Positions 28,958-38,603 of a stretch of DNA of 64,000 nucleotides are shown one piece after another. The position numbers and the translations under genes were made by a program. Within the stretch, counting starts at the first letter, position 1; each line of letters opens with the position of its first letter. The stretch covers positions 175,442 to 239,441 of IMG/VR virus record IMGVR_UViG_3300037010_001702. The stretch is one strand, 5' to 3'. The notes beneath the pieces are model-generated. The model ran no database searches and was not told the origin of the DNA. It saw nothing but the letters and a program-made list of their open reading frames with translations.

Positions 28958-29812
28958 ATGACATCAGAAAAAAATATTCGTCCATTTTTGAAGTGGGCAG
29001 GAAACAAGTTTAAAGTTCTTCCAACAATAATCCCGTTAATCTCTCATGGAGAGCGACTTATTGAACCATTTATTGGTTCAGGTTCTTTAATGATTAATAG
29101 GCCTATTCTCAACTATGTTGGCGGAGACATTAACGGGGATTTGATTTCTGTTTTCAATTTTATAAAAACAGAAGGTCAAGATTTTGTAGAAGTTATACGC
29201 CCGCTCTTCTCACAAGAAGAATTTGGTACTGACGGTGAAGCAAACTTCTATGAGCGTCGTGCAGAGTTTAATGAGACTACGGACCTCCGGCGCAAAGCTG
29301 CTCTTTTCATTTATTTAAATCAGCATTGCTTTAATGGACTGTGCAGATATAACCGGCATGGTAAATTCACTACACCTTATAATCTTGGTTTTAAACATAA
29401 GGGAAAGCCTGCAGCCTTCGCTGAAGAACGATTTCTTTATGCACATGAGATGTCTAATTCAGCGCAGTTTGTACATGCCTCTTTTGAAGAGCTAATGATA
29501 ACTGCTAAGAGAGGAGATGTTATTTATTGTGACCCTCCTTATCTTCCACAAGATGATAAGCTTGCTACATTTGTTCAATATGCTAAAGGTGAGTTCTCTA
29601 TTGAGCAACAGACATTACTTGCGAATTTAGCAGATGAACTTCGCAACGTTGGAGTGACAACTGTTATTTCCAATCATAACTCTTCTTTAGCTAAAGAACT
29701 TTATGCTACAGCTGATGAAACCATGACATTTGATGTTTCACGAAGTATGGGAAGATACAAAGACCATGAAAATGCTGCTAGCGAAATACTCGCAGTCTTC
29801 AAAGCAAAATAA
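28958..29812 (+). CDS. dam: Dam-family DNA adenine methyltransferase
   Basis: FLKWAGNK, EPFIGSGS, NGLCRYN, YCDPPY. Confidence 0.92.
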   Translation: MTSEKNIRPFLKWAGNKFKVLPTIIPLISHGERLIEPFIGSGSLMINRPILNYVGGDINGDLISVFNFIKTEGQDFVEVIRPLFSQEEFGTDGEANFYERRAEFNETTDLRRKAALFIYLNQHCFNGLCRYNRHGKFTTPYNLGFKHKGKPAAFAEERFLYAHEMSNSAQFVHASFEELMITAKRGDVIYCDPPYLPQDDKLATFVQYAKGEFSIEQQTLLANLADELRNVGVTTVISNHNSSLAKELYATADETMTFDVSRSMGRYKDHENAASEILAVFKAK

Positions 29813-29944
29813 GTACTGGACGAAAGAGCAGGCTTAGACGCTTGAAAATACTCCTATATGGTCCAGTACATTCGATGTATCACTAACAGCAGACTTGATC
29901 GAGAAGCTGTAAAGAATAAATACATTCTTGATTAAGGATGTTAA

Positions 29945-30604
29945 ATGAAGTTGCAAGAGATCAAAACTTTTGAACATAGAACTGGACCGCACGTTGATAT
30001 TGCTTCTAAAGAAACTCAACTTAAGTGGTTGAATGCTGGCACACGCATTGACAATCCCACTGGATTTGAAGGTAAGAGTGCTGTTCTCTTTCTGAATAAG
30101 GAAGGCCCCAACAACCATATCTTTGTGATTGTTGAATGGGCAAAGCAGAATGAACCTATAGGATATTGTGTACTTCACAAGACTGGGAAGTGGTGGGAAG
30201 TAGATGATGCTAACCTTGATCCCAGTTTTAGAGGTAAGGGGTTGATGTCGAATGTTTTATTCACACTTAGCAAGTCAGGTTATTCTTTAAAGAGTGGAGA
30301 TTTGCTTAGCGAGGATATGGAGCGTGTTTGGCAAACTCTAGGTAAAGAAGGAGCTAAGGTTCTTGATGCTGAATCTGGCAAACTTAAATCTTTTGATAAC
30401 AGCCCAATAGGTTCTGGTGATCTTATTTCAGGTATACCTCCTAAATATTACTGGGTTATGGAAGGTGAAGGTGCTAGCACTCTCTTCCATACTGGCGGTG
30501 CAGATAAACTAGCAGAATGTAAAGATTACTATCTTTCTGGTGGGCAATATGGCACTAATGGTACACTAGGTTTAAAGGTAATACTTCTATATGCTTCTGC
30601 TTGA
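29945..30604 (+). CDS. GNAT-like acetyltransferase with MKLQEI leader
   Basis: PIGYCVL, LDPSFRGKGLM (acetyl-CoA motif A), SGDLLSEDMERVW; late promoter AATAAATA at 29915. Confidence 0.6.
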   Translation: MKLQEIKTFEHRTGPHVDIASKETQLKWLNAGTRIDNPTGFEGKSAVLFLNKEGPNNHIFVIVEWAKQNEPIGYCVLHKTGKWWEVDDANLDPSFRGKGLMSNVLFTLSKSGYSLKSGDLLSEDMERVWQTLGKEGAKVLDAESGKLKSFDNSPIGSGDLISGIPPKYYWVMEGEGASTLFHTGGADKLAECKDYYLSGGQYGTNGTLGLKVILLYASA

Positions 30605-30607
30605 ATC

Positions 30608-30877
30608 ATGAAGGTCGTGGATGCCATTGTTGAAGGTAAGCTTGGTGATATCGCTATCATGGCTTACAACAAATCCATTGCTGACGAACTCAAGTCAAAG
30701 CTGGAAAAGACTGGCTATGACTGGAGAGTTGCTCAAGCTGGAACGGTTCACTCTTTCGGTTACGGTGCTTGGAGAAAGATTGCCCTCCACGTTCAAATCG
30801 AAAACAAGAAGATGTATAACATCGTCCAAGAATGTGGTTACGATCAAGGTGGAGAAATCTTCCTGTCCAGCTTCTGA
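30608..30877 (+). pseudogene. SF1 (UvrD-like) helicase fragment
   Basis: IMAYNKSIADELKSKL and GTVHSFGY (motifs Ia/Ib); no Walker A and an early stop. Confidence 0.55.
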
Positions 30878-30940
30878 CTCTAGTTTTCTTTGCAGTCATG
30901 GTGTTGTATAATTCCTCCATAACATGGAGCTTCAAGTAAT

Positions 30941-31174
30941 ATGGATTCATTCTTAGACAGAATTAAAGATGTCATTCAGGACCTCGAAGATGCTAGAAGT
31001 AAATGTCTAGCTTTGGGATTTGATACATTGGCTCTTCGATTGCATGAGTCTGTAAATACCATGCTTGACCTTACTGAAGCTGCGACACAGGTTAAGGTTC
31101 CTCCTCCATCTACTTACAACAACTCAGCTGAGATTATGCGTCTGGTAGCTAAACAACTTATGGAGAGACAATGA
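30941..31174 (+). CDS. Hypothetical protein
   Basis: TATAAT and GGAG upstream. Confidence 0.55.
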   Translation: MDSFLDRIKDVIQDLEDARSKCLALGFDTLALRLHESVNTMLDLTEAATQVKVPPPSTYNNSAEIMRLVAKQLMERQ

Positions 31175-31536
31175 GTAAGGTAAAAAATATTGATGTGAAG
31201 GACGAAATCCTTCTGGCATGTTCAGAGCATGCCAACGAAACTGCTGATTTGATTGATGCCAGCGATAACCACGCTGCCCTTTACTTTGGGGTAAAATACA
31301 CTGAAGGTAGTGAGAAGGTAAAGGAATCTGTTGAGACCTATATCATGGCCGTTGGATACTTTGGAATCCTTGGGGAAGGTTTGTATTCTGAACTTCGTGA
31401 TCAACTTGAAAATGGTCAGCCTCAACTGTTCGCAATTCTCCGTGATGTTATCCATGATCTTGAAGAAGACATGAACATTGCTCCTGATGAAGACTTTGGA
31501 ATGGACGATGGCGAAACACCCAGGACTATTCATTAA
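31171..31536 (+). CDS. Hypothetical acidic protein
   Basis: GGAG RBS, coupled to the previous ORF. Confidence 0.6.
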   Translation: MSKVKNIDVKDEILLACSEHANETADLIDASDNHAALYFGVKYTEGSEKVKESVETYIMAVGYFGILGEGLYSELRDQLENGQPQLFAILRDVIHDLEEDMNIAPDEDFGMDDGETPRTIH

Positions 31537-31542
31537 CTGAAT

Positions 31543-31989
31543 ATGAACAAACAAGAAAAACTTGATTTCCTGTATATGGATATTGCGGCACGCGTATCTG
31601 ATATGTCTTATGGCAGACGTTTAAAGGTAGGAGCAGTCATTGTAAAAGGTGATAACGTAATTTCCATGGGTTGGAACGGTATGCCATCCGGGATGGATAA
31701 CAACTGTGAAATCGAGCATGAGGATGGACATCTATCCACTAGACCAGAAACACTTCATGCTGAGAGTAATGCTCTTATGAAGTTGGCTCGTAGTGGAGGA
31801 GTAGGTTCTCTCGGCGCGACCATCTACACAACATATTCGCCATGCCCAGAATGTGCAAAGCTTATTAAGCAAGCAGGTATTTCTCGGGTAGTTTATCGGC
31901 ACAACTATCGGCTGCTTGATGGTATTGATATGCTTAAGGCACTGGATGTTCCTGTTATTCAACTGAAAGGTCAAAATGAAAGTAAATAG
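31543..31989 (+). CDS. dCMP deaminase (ComEB-like)
   Basis: VGAVIVK, GWNGMPSG, LHAESNA, PCPECAK. Confidence 0.92.
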   Translation: MNKQEKLDFLYMDIAARVSDMSYGRRLKVGAVIVKGDNVISMGWNGMPSGMDNNCEIEHEDGHLSTRPETLHAESNALMKLARSGGVGSLGATIYTTYSPCPECAKLIKQAGISRVVYRHNYRLLDGIDMLKALDVPVIQLKGQNESK

Positions 31990-32045
31990 GATTGAAACAA
32001 TTCAAAAGCTTATAGAACTAATTCAAAAACAGGAGATTAAATATA

Positions 32046-32270
32046 ATGTCTCAAGTTGCTGATATGCTTGGCCAATCAGGTATTCTGCGAAATGCCCGCA
32101 TAGTTCGCGAGGAGTTCGACCCATTAAATAGTGATCATCGTGATTCACTTCGCGAGTTTTTGGATACTGGTAACTGGGGTAAAATACAATTTTACCCAGA
32201 GGCTCCTTGCTTGAATGTTCCTGAAACAGTTCTTCGCAAGATGGCTCATTGGGCACTTGAGAATAAGTAG
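32046..32270 (+). CDS. Hypothetical protein
   Basis: AGGAG RBS; TAGTG coupling to the next gene. Confidence 0.6.
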   Translation: MSQVADMLGQSGILRNARIVREEFDPLNSDHRDSLREFLDTGNWGKIQFYPEAPCLNVPETVLRKMAHWALENK

Positions 32271-32788
32271 TGAAAACAGAACTGAATACTAGAACGCTTT
32301 GGTTTGACGGCACTAGTCAGGTTGCTCCTGAGGATGTCCCAAGTTTACTTCTGGGTGGGTGCAAGATAGATGAGTTGGTTGTTTCTGAACTGAACGATGA
32401 TCTCAGGTTATTTAACCTTCTTGAAGAAGAACCCATTCTAACAGAAAAGAATGAGAACAAACCATTCGACTTTACCTACCTTATTGCAAAAGAATATGAT
32501 CGCTTTGATCTTGAGGGATACATTCGCAAGAAGGTCAGTGAAAAGTTTGCTGATGAACCAGCTTACCTAGCTCGAGTTGAAGCTGAGATGATTGAGATCA
32601 AGAAGAGAGGTATGGAGAAGCTTTACATCACCCTGATCTACATTGTAGACAAGTTTAAAGAGTTGGGCACTGTTTGGGGAGTTGGGCGAGGTTCATCCTG
32701 TGCTAGTCTAATTTTATTTCTGATTGATCTGCATAAGGTTGACCCCATCAAATATAATATTCCAATGACAGAGTTCTTCCACGATTGA
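32270..32788 (+). CDS. DNA polymerase III alpha (DnaE)-like fragment 1
   Basis: RVEAEM, WGVGRGSSCASLILFLI, VDPIKYNI - the DnaE GRGS palm segment. Confidence 0.8.
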   Translation: MKTELNTRTLWFDGTSQVAPEDVPSLLLGGCKIDELVVSELNDDLRLFNLLEEEPILTEKNENKPFDFTYLIAKEYDRFDLEGYIRKKVSEKFADEPAYLARVEAEMIEIKKRGMEKLYITLIYIVDKFKELGTVWGVGRGSSCASLILFLIDLHKVDPIKYNIPMTEFFHD

Positions 32789-32857
32789 CATAGCGCCGGT
32801 CAGATAATAAATACAAGAGTATATTTATCCTATATCCTGTTTTTGGAGAACTCCCTA

Positions 32858-33151
32858 ATGAGCAAGCAAGCACGAAGCGCCCGTGGTGATTTAGTAGACT
32901 TTGACCTACTAGCAATTAAACAACAACTCGCAACCAAACCAGTTCCGGTCAGCGTGAACCAGCGCAGAAAGTTCATTGATGAGAAGGACGGGATTAAGGT
33001 TAAAACAGCAGCGAAACCACTGCCTCTTCCATCAGCTCTTTCAGTGGCAATGGAAGCTGCATCTGTAAGTGCGGCAGCGGATGAAGTAGAAGCGCTAGCT
33101 GAACAAGTCACTGAAGACATCGCTGTTGAAACAACGAGCACGAAAAAATAA
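32858..33151 (+). CDS. Hypothetical late protein
   Basis: AATAAATA near 32806, GGAG RBS. Confidence 0.65.
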   Translation: MSKQARSARGDLVDFDLLAIKQQLATKPVPVSVNQRRKFIDEKDGIKVKTAAKPLPLPSALSVAMEAASVSAAADEVEALAEQVTEDIAVETTSTKK

Positions 33152-33178
33152 TCCATCACATATACTGGGAGAATAATT

Positions 33179-33496
33179 ATGGCGCTGCGTCCGCTCAAGA
33201 ATACTTTTTTGTTTGAATTTTTCGCTGATACATACGGTGGGAAATTCGTAGACCGAAATAGTGGCAGAATCATTCTCACTAACCAGGACCTTAGCACCCA
33301 AGCTACTCAAGCTCGTTGGGGTAAGGTCATCGCCATTGGTGAGGAAGTCATTGACTTTAACGTTGGTGACATCGTGTTGATCGAAGCTCTTCAATGGACA
33401 ATTGAAATGAAGTTTGAAGGACAATCCTACTGGAAGTCTGACGATACTAAGGTCATTGCTCTAGGTGATGACGAGACGGTGACTTACGCATACTAA
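33179..33496 (+). CDS. GroES-like co-chaperonin (gp31-like)
   Basis: LRPLKN, SGRIIL, WGKVIAIG, VGDIVL. Confidence 0.85.
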   Translation: MALRPLKNTFLFEFFADTYGGKFVDRNSGRIILTNQDLSTQATQARWGKVIAIGEEVIDFNVGDIVLIEALQWTIEMKFEGQSYWKSDDTKVIALGDDETVTYAY

Positions 33497-33499
33497 ATT

Positions 33500-34186
33500 A
33501 TGAAGTTGGACGAAATAAAACCTATCAATGAATGGAATGCGGGAGCACTAGATACTAATCTAGATGATATTGGCACTCTAAAATTAGATGATGGGGAAAT
33601 ATTAGTTCACTTTACCACAGCTGCATTAGATGGAATCCCTATTGTTGTTTATTGGGATAAGTCGCTTAAGCCTTCTCATGGATTTATTCTTGCTTCAAAA
33701 GGCGAACCTATTGGTGAAATTTTAACCAAGCATCTCAAAGGTGGAGAACAGATTTTATCAGTTGTTATTAAGCCACCCTTTAGGGGGAAACAGATTATAG
33801 AGAATGCTTATCTAGCAATCGTGTCTGCTTCGGGGTTAACTATTATCTCGGGTGATCAATTATCAAAGCCTGCCGAAAAGATATGGTTAAATCTGCAGAA
33901 CAAATGTAAAATTTACGATTCTAAATTAGATAAATTTTATGCTATGTCTGATATTGGAAAAAAGACTGAAGATGATGTTGAAATTATTTCTCCTAAAGAA
34001 GATAAAAGCACATCTCATGATGCACCAAGATTTCATCTGGCATTAATGGGATCAGGAGTCTCTCACCAAAAGAAAATTCAAGAAGAGATCAAAAAGAATC
34101 GACCAGCATATAAAAACACTTCTATCTTAGAATCTATAACTGGTAAAATTAATGTTAGTGCTGGCGTTAGCCGCATATTTCTTTAA
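33500..34186 (+). CDS. GNAT-like acetyltransferase with MKLDEI leader
   Basis: PIGEIL, VIKPPFRGKQI, SGDQLSKPAEKIW. Confidence 0.55.
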   Translation: MKLDEIKPINEWNAGALDTNLDDIGTLKLDDGEILVHFTTAALDGIPIVVYWDKSLKPSHGFILASKGEPIGEILTKHLKGGEQILSVVIKPPFRGKQIIENAYLAIVSASGLTIISGDQLSKPAEKIWLNLQNKCKIYDSKLDKFYAMSDIGKKTEDDVEIISPKEDKSTSHDAPRFHLALMGSGVSHQKKIQEEIKKNRPAYKNTSILESITGKINVSAGVSRIFL

Positions 34187-34196
34187 AGGAAATTAA

Positions 34197-34751
34197 ATGG
34201 TCCCGTATGTATATCAAATAACACTAATACATACTGGTGAATTTTATATAGGCGTCAATTCGCAAAAACGCTCACCCAGAAAATTTGTGGAAAACATATT
34301 TTACATCATCTAAAAAATTAAGGAGTTAATTAAAATACATGGTAAAGATGTTTGGCGAATTGATTTTATTGAAGAATTTAATTCTCCTAAAGAAGCTCAA
34401 CTTAGGGAAAGTGAATTACAACTTTCTTGTCCTCGAGATAAATTACTTAATATTAGATTAGGAAATACTCTATTTAACCGGTCCGGACCATTATCTCAAG
34501 AAACAAAAAATAAAATATCAGCGTCACGAAAAGGTGGGACTGGGTGGACTAAAGGAAAACCACTATCTGAAGAAACTAAAAACAAAATTTCTAAATCAAA
34601 GATGGGTGCCCCAACTAATATATCAGGTGAAGCTAAAAAACAGATGAAAGAAAATTTGTCAAAGGCGAAAACAGGAATAAAACTTGGTCCTCAAAATCCA
34701 GAATGGATACAGAAAAGAATTAAGTCACGAATGGTATCCGGTTGCGCTTAA
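34197..34751 (+). pseudogene. Frameshifted GIY-YIG homing endonuclease with NUMOD3 repeats
   Basis: PYVYQI...FYIG, then YFTSSK and SQETKNKIS / SEETKNKISKS in shifted frames. Confidence 0.75.
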
Positions 34752-34847
34752 GGGCCAAAAGAAATTCACTAGAAATATTACACCCGAAAAACAAGCATTA
34801 CTAACTGGAAAAAGATTAAATACTTTTAGGATTAATAGGGCACAAAA

Positions 34848-36161
34848 ATGATTTTTTCAATACTGACAATGCTTTCAGCGCTATCGCTGGAAATAATAGG
34901 CACTATCATAAGTGTTATAGGGTTATCGTCGATTTTTTCGGGTAGCTACATAATAGTTATATTAGCAGTGTGTTTAGATTTTGCAAAACTGATTGCAGTT
35001 TCCTTCCTCTATAAGTATTGGAAGAAAGTAAATCTTCTAATGAAGACATACATGACGATTGCAGCTATTGTCCTAATGAGCATTACTTCAGCTGGGGCAT
35101 TTGGTTATCTATCAGCACAGTTCCAAAAGGCAATCTCCAGTACTAATGAATCATCAGTCGTTATCACTGCCTTAGCCGATGAGCAGACACGTCTTCAAAA
35201 GCGTAAGGAAGAGATTGACACTCAGATAGCAAAGCTGCCTGGCAACATGGTGGCTGGTCGTAGATCGCTTATGAAGCAGTTTGCGCCAGAGGTAGAGCAA
35301 ATCAACACCCGACTGGTTGCAATTGATACTGAGCTTCCAAAGCTTAAGGTAGAAACCCTTAAGCAGAACGTAGAGGTTGGTCCAATCATCTACATCGCTG
35401 AAGCATTTCACACTACGCCTGCTCAGGCGGTTAAGTGGGTTATTCTGATCATCATCTTTGTATTTGACCCGCTTGCTATCACTCTTCTTCTTTCTGGTAA
35501 CTTTTTGTTTGAGCAGAAGGGCCAAGAAAGAATTAACATACAGATACGCAAGCTAGAAATACCACCAGATCCAAGCTTGAAGAAGGACGATGACATTACC
35601 GTGGTGCCAGCAAGTGAAGCCTTCACGCCGACAACATCGCCGCCAGCAGTCGCAAATTCTTTTGACACGTATATAACTCGCTACAATGTGACTGGAGCTG
35701 CTGTTATCAATCCGAATACTTTCTCGATGCGGGCTACGTATCGAGACCAAGCAGAAATTATCGAACAAGTTATCCCTCCAACTCCTGAGGAACCAGAAAC
35801 TGAACTGCCTGTTGTTAGCGGGGCTGAGCATGCTCCCGTCGTAGAATTTTCTCCTATTGAAGAAGAACACGCTCCAGCTGAAACCCCAGCGGTATTTGAA
35901 CAAGCTCATATCGCCGGAGAACGAGAGATCATAAAGCTAAATCAGTTAATGAAGAATAATGCTACACAGCCCATCATTGCGCGCTCTCAGCTTGAGGATG
36001 TTGTAGTGCCAATACATCGCTCTCAACTTGAGGACGTCACCGTAAAAGGTGACGTCCTTGTCGGTGAAGGTGCTCTTGCACATCAACCAAACACAGAAGC
36101 TTTGCGACGAATTTACGGTGATGAAGCTGTCTCAATTGGCGGACCATCTGATAGAGTCTAA
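34848..36161 (+). CDS. Membrane protein with coiled coil and low-complexity C-terminus
   Basis: Four hydrophobic N-terminal helices, coiled coil, IIFVFDPLAI helix, Pro/Glu-rich tail. Confidence 0.6.
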   Translation: MIFSILTMLSALSLEIIGTIISVIGLSSIFSGSYIIVILAVCLDFAKLIAVSFLYKYWKKVNLLMKTYMTIAAIVLMSITSAGAFGYLSAQFQKAISSTNESSVVITALADEQTRLQKRKEEIDTQIAKLPGNMVAGRRSLMKQFAPEVEQINTRLVAIDTELPKLKVETLKQNVEVGPIIYIAEAFHTTPAQAVKWVILIIIFVFDPLAITLLLSGNFLFEQKGQERINIQIRKLEIPPDPSLKKDDDITVVPASEAFTPTTSPPAVANSFDTYITRYNVTGAAVINPNTFSMRATYRDQAEIIEQVIPPTPEEPETELPVVSGAEHAPVVEFSPIEEEHAPAETPAVFEQAHIAGEREIIKLNQLMKNNATQPIIARSQLEDVVVPIHRSQLEDVTVKGDVLVGEGALAHQPNTEALRRIYGDEAVSIGGPSDRV

Positions 36162-36405
36162 ATCTGATTGAAGTTTCTTCCAAGTGCGGTGTGGATTATA
36201 ATGAATAATCCACACCGCATTTTAGTATGACATGAATCAATTCAGTCATTGACCCTAAATCGTTGAAGCGAGTTCATCTTGTTGCTGAGCTTCGTGAGAT
36301 TACAATGGTGCCAGCAGTGATCACAATGCTAGCAGATAACAGGATAGATGAAGAACGAATTGCTCTGTGCATTTCGCAAAACTACATTTGTATATTGGAG
36401 ATTAA

Positions 36406-37314
36406 ATGAAGCCTTCTATTTGGGTTGCAAAATACCGTCCTAAAACCATCGCTGATGTCATTTTCCAAGATGACCGGCAGCGTACCACCTTTGAGAATTT
36501 TGTAAGGGAGGGTGACCTTCAAAACTTACTTCTTACTGGTATCCAAGGAACTGGTAAGACAACAATCTCAAGAGCCCTCTTGAATGATTTGGGAGTTGAT
36601 TCGTCTGACATCTTACGTGTTAACTGCTCTGATGAAAAGATTGAAGCAATGCGCAGCAAGGTTACCAGCTTTGCATGGACTATGCCAATTGGTAAGTTCA
36701 AGGTTGTTCAGCTTGAAGAATTCGATTATCTATCCCTTGATGGTCAGGCTCTACTTCGCAGCTTGATTGAGGATACATCTGCCTCCACTCGCTTTATTGC
36801 TACTTGCAATTACGAGAACAAGATCATTCCTCCGCTCAAATCTCGCTTTCAGCAATTCAGCTTCAAAGCTCCTGACAAGGACCTCATCGCTGGGCGCATG
36901 ATTGAAATCCTTGATGCTGAAAAAGTAGAGTATGAACCAGAAGATTTGCTGACATACATCGACGTTGGTTACCCAGATATAAGAAAAACAATTCAGCTTC
37001 TTCAGCAGAACACTCAAAGCGGAAAGCTTCTACCTCCATCTAATGCTGCAATAGACAGTGATTGGAAATTTGGTTTGCTTGATGCGATTAGTTCTGGTGA
37101 CTTCAAGAAAGCGCGTAAGCTAGTTTGCGAAACTGCTACTCGTGAAGAACATGAGGATGTCTTTACATTTCTGTATCAGAATATTAACAAGATGAAGGTT
37201 AGTGACAAAGAAGCTGCCATCGTGACGATTGCTAGTTACATGCGCGGTCACATTCAAAGCTCAGACACTGAGCTCAACATTGCTGCCCTTTTCGTGGAAC
37301 TAAGTAAAGTATGA
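36406..37314 (+). CDS. Clamp loader large subunit (T4 gp44 / RFC-like)
   Basis: WVAKYRP, GIQGTGKTT, LEEFDYLS, LKSRF. Confidence 0.9.
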   Translation: MKPSIWVAKYRPKTIADVIFQDDRQRTTFENFVREGDLQNLLLTGIQGTGKTTISRALLNDLGVDSSDILRVNCSDEKIEAMRSKVTSFAWTMPIGKFKVVQLEEFDYLSLDGQALLRSLIEDTSASTRFIATCNYENKIIPPLKSRFQQFSFKAPDKDLIAGRMIEILDAEKVEYEPEDLLTYIDVGYPDIRKTIQLLQQNTQSGKLLPPSNAAIDSDWKFGLLDAISSGDFKKARKLVCETATREEHEDVFTFLYQNINKMKVSDKEAAIVTIASYMRGHIQSSDTELNIAALFVELSKV

Positions 37315-37520
37315 ACCAAGAATTAATTGATACGCTTAGAAAAATGGTACCTAATATCATGGCTGAAGAACTGTGCGAGGTGCAGCCTATGGATGATGAA
37401 ATTTTTACGCATGCAATGGTTGAAGGAAAATCTGAAAAATGGCTTATTGAGAATGGATATGAGCTTGTTGATTCTCAAACACGATTGATGTGGGTAAAGA
37501 AAGATGGCAACAACACATAA
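37311..37520 (+). CDS. Small protein resembling the gp23 Gol-peptide segment
   Basis: LRKMVPNIMAEELCEVQPM; ATGA coupling to gp44 and overlap with gp62. Confidence 0.55.
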   Translation: MNQELIDTLRKMVPNIMAEELCEVQPMDDEIFTHAMVEGKSEKWLIENGYELVDSQTRLMWVKKDGNNT

Positions 37521-37968
37521 ACTTGACATCTTCGACTTGCTGTCTCGCATTAACTCTGCAAAGAGTGGTGATATCTATTCTACGTTGAGTGACGACGAGA
37601 AGAAAGGATTCAACCCATTAGTTGTCATGCGCTGGTTGTCTGGAACATCAGATGAGCGGCAGATTATCCTACTCAATGAGTTTGTAAATAAGTATGTCTT
37701 CACTCTTGCTAAGCATCCGCAACTCTTGATGCAGCTAATGCAGGTAGCATCCTCAAAAACAAGTAAACGTTACCAATGGATTGGTGTAAAATCTAATAAG
37801 AAGAACACCAACTCTCGCAAGGTTGTTCAGGAGTATTTTGAAATGTCTTCACGAGAAGTTAATCTCGTGAATCCGTTTCCTTGTGAGGCAGAGATTATGC
37901 AGATGGCAGAAGAACTTGGATGGCAGAAGGAGGAGCTAGCAGCTCTTAAAAAGGAATTCAAAGAATGA
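37504..37968 (+). CDS. Clamp loader small subunit (T4 gp62-like)
   Basis: LDIFDLL, FNPLVVMRWLS, adjacent to gp44. Confidence 0.65.
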   Translation: MATTHKLDIFDLLSRINSAKSGDIYSTLSDDEKKGFNPLVVMRWLSGTSDERQIILLNEFVNKYVFTLAKHPQLLMQLMQVASSKTSKRYQWIGVKSNKKNTNSRKVVQEYFEMSSREVNLVNPFPCEAEIMQMAEELGWQKEELAALKKEFKE

Positions 37969-38603
37969 CTTTCAGATATAAATCAGCAAAGCATCGTGAC
38001 AGTACTCGCAAGGAACGAAAGGCTACTTGGCGTAGAGTTACTGGGTTGATGAAGGAATATCCAGAATGCGTTATTGCAAATGGTCAAGCATATTGTGATC
38101 ATGTATGGGACCCAGCATTTCCATGGGTATGGGTTGATTTCCGCTTCTTCCATACTAAACTGAAGCGCTATTTCGCTTGTGCTATGGTTACTGCTGAATA
38201 TAAAGCACACGAGCAGGTTGAAGATGCTGCATGGGAAATTGCAAGAGAGAATTATCCATATGAAGAACATCACACTGCCAGGTGCAGTATCGAACAATGG
38301 AGAACAGAACGTTCTGAAAATGACGATAACCGATACAAAATGTTCAAGGAAAAAGTCACTGCGCTAGGATTGAATACTTATAAAGAAACTCCTAGAATTC
38401 TAGCTAAGGACTATGGTAAGCTTGTTGTGGGGGTCTGGGCAACAGTAAATAGACCATATATCGACGAGGCATACATTGCAGAATTTATAGACTTCTATCG
38501 AAGCCTTGGCGAACCAACTAAACCAGGCCTGGTCTGGAAAGGTGAAGAGATTGAAGTCATACCGGCGAACATCTACAAAAATGACAGAAGTAGTTCTACT
38601 TGA
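37965..38603 (+). CDS. Hypothetical protein
   Basis: 212 aa coupled ORF. Confidence 0.55.
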   Translation: MTFRYKSAKHRDSTRKERKATWRRVTGLMKEYPECVIANGQAYCDHVWDPAFPWVWVDFRFFHTKLKRYFACAMVTAEYKAHEQVEDAAWEIARENYPYEEHHTARCSIEQWRTERSENDDNRYKMFKEKVTALGLNTYKETPRILAKDYGKLVVGVWATVNRPYIDEAYIAEFIDFYRSLGEPTKPGLVWKGEEIEVIPANIYKNDRSSST

